Shown here: positions 1 to 7,745 of the stretch, piece by piece
How the letters are laid out: each line of letters opens with the position of its first letter
Numbering within the stretch: position 1 is the first letter of the stretch
DNA from: Desulfocapsa sulfexigens DSM 10523
GTDB lineage: Bacteria > Desulfobacterota > Desulfobulbia > Desulfobulbales > Desulfocapsaceae
NCBI RefSeq assembly: GCF_000341395.1
Contig: NC_020304.1
Coordinates: 1,740,001 to 1,772,000 of the forward strand
Reading direction: 5' to 3'
DNA: 32,000 nt
Position numbers and translations under genes: made by a program
Notes under the pieces: generated by a model
The model's database searches: none
What the model was told of the DNA's origin: nothing
Seen by the model: the letters and a program-made list of their open reading frames with translations, nothing else

Positions 1-781
1 CACCAGACTGATACTTGTCCCGTTTGTTCCATTGATAGCCAGCTTGCCGCCTAGTTGTACAACTCTATTCTTAATGTTGGGCAGCCCCCGACCCTGTCGT
101 TTTTTTTGCAATAAGCCACTTCCGTTATCTTTTAGACTGCAATGAAGATTATCTTGCCCTACTTGCAGGGAGAGGTGAATTTCTTTTGCATTGGCGTGAC
201 GAATGATATTGGTCATTCCTTCTTTTACAATTTTAAAGAGATTGAGTGCTAGAAGGACTGAGGGGCCAGGCACATCCTCCTGAATATCAGATTTCTTGAT
301 GAATTGTAATTGATGGGACTCAGCAGCCTTGGCACAATACTGATGCAGGTCGGCAAAAAGACTTTCCCAGGTAACCGCCTTGGCGTCCAGGATATCCATA
401 AAACTGCGGATCTCAAGTATCGAATCGTCACATATGTCGCTGATGTTTTTGAGAATGGTTTCTGTAGGTTGGGTAATGGTTCCATCAACAACCATCTGAG
501 AGAGGAGTTTGATGTTTACCAGACTACCGCCGACTCCATCGTGGAGATCTTGAACCAGTTGTTTTTTGAGTTCGATACTTCGGTTTCGTTCACTGGTATC
601 ACGGAGAATGGCAACGGTATGGACTTCTTTATTAATAGTAACCGGTGACAGGGTTACTTCCACCGTGCAATGTTTTCCCTGTTCATTGATAATCTCGAGT
701 TCAACAGGATCTTTTCTGTTTTGCAGGGGGCGGGCAGAAAATTTCACCAAATCCCTTTGATCCCATGAAATTCCGGTCAGG
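1..781 (-). CDS. Sensor histidine kinase, C-terminal portion (rest of PAS, HisKA_3-type H-box, HATPase_c). Out of frame with 782..2089, and the 3' end leaves the window.
   Basis: My own minus-strand translation from about 790 down to 1 has no stops. It is absent from the ORF track because no stop lies inside the window. It reads ...KNVHDLTGISWDQRDLVKFSARPLQNRKDPVELEIINEQGKHCTVEVTLSPV...QLVQDLHDGVGGSLVNIKLL...IVKEGMTNIIRHANA...LKDNGSG...GRGLPNIKNRVVQLGG. The HDGVGG H-box plus N, G1 and G2 boxes match a NarX/LiaS-type kinase core. Confidence 0.8.
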
Positions 782-2089
782 TCATGGACATTTTTCCCCC
801 CTTGCCTCCTCACTGGCAAGGGCGAAAAAATCTTCAGCTGCAGGATTGAGATAGGAAATCTCTCTTTTTTCGTTGATGAGGATAATGGCATCACTGGCCG
901 CATTCGTGATGATACGGTACATTTTTTCCTGGGCACGGAGCTTTTCACTGTAGTTGGCAATGGACTGTTTCATTCGTTTGAAACCATCTGCTGTTTCCTG
1001 CAGTTCAGTAAAAACTGAGTTGAGAGTACAGTCAACCTGCAGATCCTGGTCTTCAATGGCCCGGGCCTCTTGCTGCAGACATTTGATTGGAGCAATAATA
1101 GCCCTGGCAAAACGAAAAGCAAGGATGGATGCGATGAGTGAGAGCAATACCGTGGCGATAAGATTAGTACGCCTGTTTGACCGTATCTTCCCAAGATAAT
1201 CTTCTTCCGGAAGGTACATGGCAACGATCCAGTCCAGTTCTGTTCCCGGAAAGGGAGTAAACATGGCCACAAAATCTTGCTTTTGAGCAGTGAAAGAAGT
1301 GAAGACTGGTTTTTTGAGATCGAAGAGAGATTCTGGCGCGATCTGATTGTTTACAGCTGCCATGGCCTTGCCGGTTTTTCCTACGCGGAGTTTGCCTACA
1401 AAGGACGATAGCTCCTTGAGGTCTATGTCAACACCAATAACACCTTTGAGGCTGTTGTCCTCCCAGTAAGAAGGTCCGGCAATAGTGACTCCTGGTTGTT
1501 TGGAGGTATAGAAGATATAGGGATCGGTCCAGCCTATTGCACGACTCTGCACTGCCTGTTTATACCAGGGGTGCTTGCGGGGGTCATAGGGGTCGGCTGG
1601 TGTTTGCTCGCGTTGTAATTCGCGGAAATTTTCATCTCGCCAGATCAGCATGACGCTTCTTTCTCTTTCATTGTGTCTGATTATCTTTGTCCTGAATCCA
1701 TTTTTTTTTTTGGCTTCGTTGCGACTCACGTAATAAAAAGAACCGTCAGGAGTCCCAAGATATATCCCGGCCAGGTGGGGGTGGATCTTTAGCTGATCAA
1801 AAAAATAACGCTCAAGAGAGCTTATGGTAAGCGTTCCAGTATTGAAAACGTTTGCACTGAGCAACTGTTTGGTGAGGGTGACGGCACCCTTTGCTTTTTC
1901 CAGATGATTATAGGACTGCTCCAAGGTGAAGTCGGAAATATTATCCATGATATCATGGGCATGACTATAAAATGTCTTCTCTGACAGAAGATAAAAGGAT
2001 GGGGCAAGTAGGAGGTGCGTCCCCCAGACCAGTACGATGACTGACAGGATGAGACTGGTACGCATAGAGAGATTGAATTTCATTGGCAC
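782..2089 (-). CDS. Sensor histidine kinase, N-terminal portion (TM, Cache-like periplasmic domain, TM, HAMP, start of PAS), ended prematurely by a frameshift
   Basis: 435-aa ORF. It has an N-terminal TM (LILSVIVLVWGTHLLLA) and Cache-type signatures (DPRKHPWYKQA, GWTDPYIFY, GVIGVDIDLKELS). A second TM (LIATVLLSLIASILAF) is followed by a HAMP-like helix pair and then PAS (ITNAASDAIILINEKREISYLNPAAEDFF). The ORF stops inside the PAS domain at 782. Confidence 0.85.
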   Translation of the reverse strand: MPMKFNLSMRTSLILSVIVLVWGTHLLLAPSFYLLSEKTFYSHAHDIMDNISDFTLEQSYNHLEKAKGAVTLTKQLLSANVFNTGTLTISSLERYFFDQLKIHPHLAGIYLGTPDGSFYYVSRNEAKKKNGFRTKIIRHNERERSVMLIWRDENFRELQREQTPADPYDPRKHPWYKQAVQSRAIGWTDPYIFYTSKQPGVTIAGPSYWEDNSLKGVIGVDIDLKELSSFVGKLRVGKTGKAMAAVNNQIAPESLFDLKKPVFTSFTAQKQDFVAMFTPFPGTELDWIVAMYLPEEDYLGKIRSNRRTNLIATVLLSLIASILAFRFARAIIAPIKCLQQEARAIEDQDLQVDCTLNSVFTELQETADGFKRMKQSIANYSEKLRAQEKMYRIITNAASDAIILINEKREISYLNPAAEDFFALASEEARGEKCP

Positions 2090-2743
2090 TTACCGGCAGA
2101 AAGGAAAGGCCAGGCATGAAGAGGCATGCCCGACCTTTTGAAACTAGTGCGATGCCATTTGTCCATGTAGGGGTTATTTATTCACATTTTTCTCAAGTAT
2201 TTTCTCCGAAGATACCCTTCCGGCAACATTTACGGGCGAGGGAACGAACGTTTATAATTCCTGTGATTCCTTTAAAAGCTCATTGTTTTAGCAAGTCATA
2301 GCAGGTTCCTAGTCCGCTATTAGAGCACAAATAAAGTAAGATGTATATGGCTGGACCAGGGTATTTTCCGGGTATTGTGCCAAAACGTACTGGTATAAAG
2401 AAACTACTGCTTTTCCTCAGATACACGCTTGTTGCAAAAGCAAGAGTCGAACCGTAATTCTTATGAAGAGAATGTATTACTTCGGTTTTCAGTCACATTG
2501 CAATCGGACTGTCTCGGAAATATGGTGTCAACGTCACGACCGGGTGTTCTCAGTAAGACGGGTCCACGCCATACCATTACAGTAATCTTTAGCTTTTTGC
2601 TGACAATTGGCCAAAACGATAAATATAACGGTTCCCGATGTCTGGGTCGGTTGGTATTGATATTTCCTATTTGCTCTATAGTCTCCATGCGTGATACTGT
2701 TTCTTTTTGTTTTTATCATATTATTTCTATCTGGAGAATTCAA

Positions 2744-3586
2744 ATGAGGAAAACCATCTATTCTGTATCACTATCTATTCTTGTGGCAGCGCTGCTGTTA
2801 TTTTCTGCGTCATGGTCGCTTGCATCTGATGATCTTTCTTCCTTCGCAGGGCAGAAAGGAACCCTTCGAATAGCCGGTGGGACGGCCCATATTCCGGTGA
2901 TGAAGGAGGCTGCCAAACAGATCATTAATTTTAATCCTCAAATTCAAATCTCCATTGCCGGAGGCGGTTCCGGTCTTGGCATCAAACAGGCAGGAGAGGG
3001 GCTGGTTGATATCGGCAATGCAGGGCGCAAACCAAGTGATGACGAGATTCATAACTATAATTTACAGCTGGTGAAGTGGGCAGTTGACGGTGTCGGTGCA
3101 GTAGTTCATCCGAAGAATAAAGCACAGTCCCTCACAAACACCCAATTGCAGGATATCTATTCCGGTAAGATCAGCAACTGGAAAGATGTCGGCGGGGTTG
3201 ATCGGGAGATAAACCTGTACACCCGTGATGAAGCCAGTGGTACCCGGGAAGTTTTCTGGAAAAAAGCACTGGCAAAGGGTGACATTTCAGCAAAGGCCAA
3301 TGTGGTGGTTTCCAATGGTGCCATGAAAACTGCTGTTGCCGGTGATCCCTTTGCTATCGGCTTTGTTTCGGTGGGCAACATGGACAGCTCTGTTGCACCT
3401 GTAGCCCTTGACGGGGTAGCTCCCAGCCCGGAGAGTGTCCGTAGCGGTGAATATAAGGTGGCTCGCGGCCTGTATAGCTTGACTAAAGGAGAACCGTCAG
3501 GATTGGCCAAACTCTTTTTGGAGTTTATTGTCAGCCCTACAGGTCAGCAGATTGTCGTTGACAAGGGATTTATCCCGGTTCAATGA
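2744..3586 (+). CDS. pstS: Phosphate ABC transporter substrate-binding protein PstS (PBP-like-2 type)
   Basis: The ATG at 2744 is preceded by GGAGA (2733-2737). Signal peptide MRKTIYSVSLSILVAALLLFSASWSLA. Motifs: GTLRIAGGTAHIPVM, ISIAGGGSGLGIKQ, TRDEASGTREVF. The stop overlaps the pstC start (ATGA at 3583-3586). I do not consider the TTG-initiated track ORF from 2429 to be coding upstream of 2744. Confidence 0.9.
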   Translation: MRKTIYSVSLSILVAALLLFSASWSLASDDLSSFAGQKGTLRIAGGTAHIPVMKEAAKQIINFNPQIQISIAGGGSGLGIKQAGEGLVDIGNAGRKPSDDEIHNYNLQLVKWAVDGVGAVVHPKNKAQSLTNTQLQDIYSGKISNWKDVGGVDREINLYTRDEASGTREVFWKKALAKGDISAKANVVVSNGAMKTAVAGDPFAIGFVSVGNMDSSVAPVALDGVAPSPESVRSGEYKVARGLYSLTKGEPSGLAKLFLEFIVSPTGQQIVVDKGFIPVQ

Positions 3587-4443
3587 GACTTCCGACCTAC
3601 TCGGTCAGTGAATACCTGTTTCTGGCAGCGGCGGTCTTCAGCGGGCTGCTCGCTGTCGCGATCTTTTGTTTTCTCTTCTTCTTTGGGCTACCGCTGTTGC
3701 AGTCTGGTCAGCTGGTAGACTTGCTGTTTTCTTCCTGGGCACCCGACAAAGGGTTATACGGCATTTATCCCATGCTGATAACCAGCTTGACCTTGGCCAC
3801 CGTCAGTATGCTGATCAGCTTTCCTGTAAGCCTTGGTTGTAGCTTTGTGATTACGTCTCTTGCTCCGGTTCGATTGCGACGTGTTCTGCTGGCCGTCATA
3901 AGAGTGATGACCGGCATCCCAACCGTAGTATATAGTTTTGCTGCCCTGTTCCTGTTAGTGCCGCTTATGCGCAGCCTTGTCGGACATGGAACCGGAATGA
4001 GTATTCTTACTGCAGCTCCTGTCCTTGCACTAGTCATAGCTCCAACCATGATCCTGTTTTTTGTGGACAGTTTTAGCAAGGTTTCGTCCAGGTTTACTCT
4101 TGCCGTTGACGCTCTTGGTGGCAGTGAAATTCAAAAACTCCTGTATGTAATTCTGCCCCTGGCCTGGCCTGGTATTGTCAATGGTGTGCTTTTGGGCTTC
4201 GGCCGTGCCATGGGTGATACCATGGTCAGCCTGATGCTTGCTGGAAACAGTACTGCTGCTCCTGAATCCATGACCGAGTCAGCCAGAACGCTTACTGCTC
4301 ATATTGCTCTGGTCATGGCCTTTGACTTTGATTCCATGGAGTTTAAATCCATTTTTGTCTGCGGTCTTTTTCTCTACATTCTGACAGCAGCTCTCATGTT
4401 ACTCTTTCGCATGTTCACTGTTTACTTTTCGGAAAGAACATGA
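3583..4443 (+). CDS. pstC: Phosphate ABC transporter permease PstC
   Basis: 286-aa polytopic membrane protein following pstS. It carries an EAA-like loop (ALGGSEIQKLLYVILPLAWPGIVNGVLLGFGRAMGDTM). ATGA overlaps at both ends (3583 and 4440). Confidence 0.9.
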   Translation: MRLPTYSVSEYLFLAAAVFSGLLAVAIFCFLFFFGLPLLQSGQLVDLLFSSWAPDKGLYGIYPMLITSLTLATVSMLISFPVSLGCSFVITSLAPVRLRRVLLAVIRVMTGIPTVVYSFAALFLLVPLMRSLVGHGTGMSILTAAPVLALVIAPTMILFFVDSFSKVSSRFTLAVDALGGSEIQKLLYVILPLAWPGIVNGVLLGFGRAMGDTMVSLMLAGNSTAAPESMTESARTLTAHIALVMAFDFDSMEFKSIFVCGLFLYILTAALMLLFRMFTVYFSERT

Positions 4444-5321
4444 TGGGAAGACTTCTTGAAAAGAGCATTGCTGTTCTCTCCTGGATTGCAGGCTTTTTGC
4501 TTATAGCATCACTTCTCTTACTTCTTACTTACCTGGTAAACAAGGGATGGAGTTCTTTACGGGTAAGCCTGATTTTTGGAGACACTGTACCTTTGGATGC
4601 CTTATTGCTCAAACGGCAGGTATTTGACGGAATTTTTCCTGCCATTGTCGGTACCCTTTTCCTTATTGTTGGCTCGATGTTCATTGCTATCCCAGTTGGC
4701 ATTGCCGGAGGCATTTACATGGCAGAGTATTGCAGAGGGAAAATGAAATCATTACTCAATCTGGCCTTTGACATTCTTGCTGGAGTGCCTTCCATAATTG
4801 TCGGACTGGCTGGACTCTTACTGACCATCTTTCTCAACCGCACTTTTCATGGACAGATTAAAACCTGTCTCCTGATCTCCTGTGTCTCTCTAGCTTCACT
4901 GGTGCTTCCCTATATTATCCGGACAACGCAGACAGCACTTGAGACAGTCGATCCGGTTGTCCGTAAAACAGCCCCCGCTCTTGGTGCTTCACGCTTGCAG
5001 AATATCACTATGGTACTGTTGCCCAATTCCATCTCCAACATTTTTTCCGGAGTTATTCTAGCCACTGGCCGCTGTGCAGAAGACACCGCTGTAATCATGC
5101 TGACCGGCGCTGTCGCAACAGCAGGTCTTCCACGGTCTATCTTTGATCAGTATGAAGCCCTCCCATTTTATATCTACTATATTTCATCGCAGTATACCGG
5201 CCCCGATGAGTTGGCCCAAGGGTTTGGAGCCGCAATCATACTTTTGCTTCTCTGCACCGGCCTACTGGTTTCCACTCTATGGATACAGCGACGACTGTCA
5301 ATAATACTGCTGTACAGGTGA
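4440..5321 (+). CDS. pstA: Phosphate ABC transporter permease PstA
   Basis: 293-aa membrane protein, the second permease of the pst operon. Motif ALGASRLQNITMVLLPNSISNIFSGVILATGRCAEDTA. Confidence 0.9.
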   Translation: MMGRLLEKSIAVLSWIAGFLLIASLLLLLTYLVNKGWSSLRVSLIFGDTVPLDALLLKRQVFDGIFPAIVGTLFLIVGSMFIAIPVGIAGGIYMAEYCRGKMKSLLNLAFDILAGVPSIIVGLAGLLLTIFLNRTFHGQIKTCLLISCVSLASLVLPYIIRTTQTALETVDPVVRKTAPALGASRLQNITMVLLPNSISNIFSGVILATGRCAEDTAVIMLTGAVATAGLPRSIFDQYEALPFYIYYISSQYTGPDELAQGFGAAIILLLLCTGLLVSTLWIQRRLSIILLYR

Positions 5322-6061
5322 GCACTGTGGACGTTCCCGTAAAAATTTATACGCAATCCCTTTGTTTTTATTATCGTCGGCAGAAAGTTTTGCATGATAT
5401 CAGCCTCCAGCTTCCGGCAAATCAAATAACAGCTATCACCGGGCCATCTGGATCTGGAAAGTCGACCTTCCTGATGGTCTTGAACAGATTGTGGGAAGAA
5501 GTTGAGGGGTGTGATATATCGGGAAAGGTTACAATGGAACTGGCTGGTCATTTTAAAAATATTCACGATCCAACACTTCCAGTCTGTGAACTGCGCCGAA
5601 AGGTGGCCATGGTTTTTCAGCAGCCCAACCCGCTGCCAATGTCCATTTATAAAAATATAGCCTTTCCCCTGCGCCTCGCACATGTAAATGATAAGAAGCG
5701 GATCAAAGAGAACGTGGAATTCGTGCTCAGACAGGTATGCCTTTGGGACGAAGTCAAAGATCGCCTGGGAGATGACGGCCGTCTACTTTCAGGCGGGCAA
5801 CAGCAGAGACTGTGTCTGGCACGAGCTCTTGTCCTGAATCCGGAAGTTTTACTGCTTGATGAACCTACTTCCTCCCTTGATCCGGAGGCGAGCAACGCTA
5901 TTGAGGAATTACTGCTGACGCTCAAGTCGCAATGTACGTTGGTTATGGTCTCCCATTACCAGGATCAGATCCAACGCATTGCTGACTTCCATATTAAGGT
6001 TCTCAATGGACGATTCAGTACAGGTTTAGATTGGAGGGGAGATTGTAACCAGAATTCGTAG
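5279..6061 (+). CDS. pstB: Phosphate ABC transporter ATP-binding protein PstB (divergent, short C-terminus)
   Basis: Walker A GPSGSGKST, Q-loop VAMVFQQPNPLPMSIYKNI, signature LSGGQQQRLCLARAL, Walker B LLLDEPTSSLDP. The start is uncertain. ATG 5279 overlaps pstA by 43 nt. The in-frame GTG at 5318 forms a GTGA overlap with the pstA stop and is an equally good start. Confidence 0.85.
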   Translation: MDTATTVNNTAVQVSTVDVPVKIYTQSLCFYYRRQKVLHDISLQLPANQITAITGPSGSGKSTFLMVLNRLWEEVEGCDISGKVTMELAGHFKNIHDPTLPVCELRRKVAMVFQQPNPLPMSIYKNIAFPLRLAHVNDKKRIKENVEFVLRQVCLWDEVKDRLGDDGRLLSGGQQQRLCLARALVLNPEVLLLDEPTSSLDPEASNAIEELLLTLKSQCTLVMVSHYQDQIQRIADFHIKVLNGRFSTGLDWRGDCNQNS

Positions 6062-6346
6062 GTTTGTTTCAGCTCGTACTCCATGTGGCTCGCGAATCTG
6101 TGACACAAGGATATCACCTTTTTTTGCCGGTAATTCCGTGTCCCCCTTACCAAGAAAAAAACCATTCCCTTCAAGTATCTGAATAGATAAGTCACCATCC
6201 AGATCATGAGAATGAACTGGAAAGGTCACACCCGCCTCAAGGTTGAAATTAATAATTTTAAAATATGCGGAGTCTTGTACAAGAAAAAACCGCTTCATTG
6301 CACCTGGTGTATACTCGTTTGTCTCATCAAGTTGTATAACTTTCAT
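6026..6346 (-). CDS. Small cupin-domain protein
   Basis: 106 aa with strong SD AAGGAGA upstream of the ATG at 6346. Cupin-like core GVTFPVHSHDLDGDLSIQILEGNGFFLGKGD...GDILVSQIREPHGV. Its 3' end overlaps the convergent pstB 3' end by 36 nt. Confidence 0.7.
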   Translation of the reverse strand: MKVIQLDETNEYTPGAMKRFFLVQDSAYFKIINFNLEAGVTFPVHSHDLDGDLSIQILEGNGFFLGKGDTELPAKKGDILVSQIREPHGVRAETNLRILVTISPPI

Positions 6347-6542
6347 ATTTGTTCTCCTTATGGATGGTTGTGAGGTATCTTAACGCACCTTCAGAGTTAG
6401 CAGGTAAAGTCAAAATAATCACTTGGAAACTCTTTAATCTGCATGCAATGGCAAGTGCTGAAGATCTCTGTTTGTGGTAAAGAATTATATGGCTGGCTTG
6501 ATCGGGTCACAAGCAGATGGACTGTAATGGTACTTATATGAT

Positions 6543-6719
6543 CCTGATTACCACTAATCCTCAGCCTACCCGCATGAGGAGGAGTTGTTTCGTGTCGATT
6601 GTATGGGCATATCGGCCTGGACGGCCGCAGCAGAGCCCCAAGGGATGGGTTTATGGCGTCCCATATAATCGATACGGAACAGCTCCGGGTTGCAAAGCTG
6701 AGTTTTGATGGTAATCAGG
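6543..6719. mobile_element. MITE-like non-coding palindromic element (177 bp) with 11-bp terminal inverted repeats and 8-bp flanking direct repeats
   Basis: The TIRs are CCTGATTACCA (6543-6553) and TGGTAATCAGG (6709-6719). The flanks are TATATGAT (6535-6542) and TATGTGAT (6720-6727), 7 of 8 identical. The internal arms are complementary, including a 27-bp stem (6581-6607 with 6660-6686). There is no transposase-like ORF. Confidence 0.6.
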
Positions 6720-6764
6720 TATGTGATTGTACCCAAAAAACAATATACATATTGGTATGTCGCA

Positions 6765-7466
6765 ATGTCAGAGATACAGGATCGGGTAAAGCTCAGATCT
6801 TCCTGGAAAGCCAAGATAGGCGGAGAGTTTGAGCAGGAGTATATGCAGAATCTCAGACGGTTTCTGATTGAGGAAAAACAGGCTGGGAAAATTATCTACC
6901 CCGAGGGAGATAATATCTTCAGCAGTATGAATCTGGTTTCATTCGATGATGTGAAGGTTGTGATTATCGGGCAGGATCCCTATCATGGTGAAGGTCAGGC
7001 ACATGGGCTCTGTTTTTCTGTAAAACCGGGAGTCAGGATACCACCATCACTCCAGAATATTTTCAAGGAAATCCAGGGGGATCTTGGGATTCCTATCGGG
7101 AATCATGGATATCTGAAAAGCTGGGCCGAGCAGGGTGTGCTGCTTCTCAACAGTGTTCTCACAGTTGAAAAAAATAAAGCCGGATCCCATCAGGGAAAAG
7201 GCTGGGAACGGTTTACCGATGCTATTATAGAAAAACTCAATAAAGAACATACCGGACTGGTGTTTCTTCTTTGGGGGAGTTACGCTCAGAAAAAAGGGAG
7301 GATTATTGACCAGAAACGTCACCTTGTGTTGCAGTCTGTTCACCCTTCACCCCTCTCTGCACATCGAGGATTTTTTGGAAATCATCATTTTTCCAGGACA
7401 AATGCGTACCTGGAGCGTCAGGGGAAATCTGTGATTAATTGGGCAGTTCCGGCATTGCAGGTTTGA
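6765..7466 (+). CDS. ung: Uracil-DNA glycosylase, family 1
   Basis: Motifs [31 protein letters not shown] and [14 protein letters not shown] chose ATG 6765 ([10 protein letters not shown]...), which gives the usual length of about 230 aa. The track ORF starts at 6705, inside the repeat element. Confidence 0.9.
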   Translation: MSEIQDRVKLRSSWKAKIGGEFEQEYMQNLRRFLIEEKQAGKIIYPEGDNIFSSMNLVSFDDVKVVIIGQDPYHGEGQAHGLCFSVKPGVRIPPSLQNIFKEIQGDLGIPIGNHGYLKSWAEQGVLLLNSVLTVEKNKAGSHQGKGWERFTDAIIEKLNKEHTGLVFLLWGSYAQKKGRIIDQKRHLVLQSVHPSPLSAHRGFFGNHHFSRTNAYLERQGKSVINWAVPALQV

Positions 7467-7475
7467 TATATGCAG

Positions 7476-7745
7476 TTACTCTGGCTGGATATAATCGGCC
7501 AGAGCGTTGATGGTGGTGACACGGCGGCGAAATTCCTTGCTGTCCACAAGTCGTGTTCCAAACTGATTCTGCAGCCCCATGGAGATCTGCAGGGCGTCCA
7601 GTGAATCCAGGCCGAGTCCACTGGCGTCGGAAAAAATCATAACATCATCATTCAATTCATCCGGTGTTATGTCCTCAATATCACACTCTGTGAATATCAT
7701 GGTTTTCAGGCGTAGTTTTAATGTATTGTCAACTGACCCTTTCAT
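7476..7745 (-). CDS. Acyl carrier protein (phosphopantetheine-binding), last gene of the Dar-like cassette
   Basis: 89 aa with the GLGLDSLDALQI motif (DSL serine attachment site). Its ATG overlaps the permease stop (ATGA at 7742-7745). Confidence 0.8.
   Translation of the reverse strand: MKGSVDNTLKLRLKTMIFTECDIEDITPDELNDDVMIFSDASGLGLDSLDALQISMGLQNQFGTRLVDSKEFRRRVTTINALADYIQPE

Noticed and set aside
2084-2098. Sigma-54-like TGGCAC...GGCA motif next to the kinase start codon
   Set aside because: The GG-to-GC spacing is one nucleotide short of the canonical -24/-12 geometry. The motif overlaps the start codon of the divergent kinase gene and lies about 650 nt from pstS.
2430-2465. tRNA-like T-loop sequence on the minus strand (GGTTCGACTC, complement of 2444-2454)
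   Set aside because: The flanking bases cannot form a 5-bp T-stem, and no acceptor or anticodon arms can be drawn. It is an isolated chance match.
2500-2540. Pho-box-like TGTC repeats (CTGTCTC...GTGTCAACGTCAC) upstream of pstS
   Set aside because: The spacing between the TGTC cores is 16 and 6 nt rather than the 11-nt periodicity of PhoB boxes, and the flanks do not match the consensus.
2429-2743. The 105-codon N-terminal extension of the pstS ORF (TTG start at 2429)
   Set aside because: The extension has no homology-like features. A canonical signal peptide begins at the ATG at 2744, which has a GGAGA Shine-Dalgarno 7 nt upstream. The longer form would bury that signal peptide.
6599-6832. 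A possible small conserved ORF ([23 protein letters not shown]...) shared by both repeat copies. Four of the five A/B differences (6640, 6673, 6682, 6706) fall in the same codon phase and are synonymous in the plus frame.
   Set aside because: There are only five substitutions, so the phase bias is weak statistically. The two ORFs diverge completely right after the repeat ends (60 versus 44 codons). Copy B would be antisense to an operon. The TIR, TSD and hairpin structure explains the conservation better. It is worth re-testing if more copies are found.
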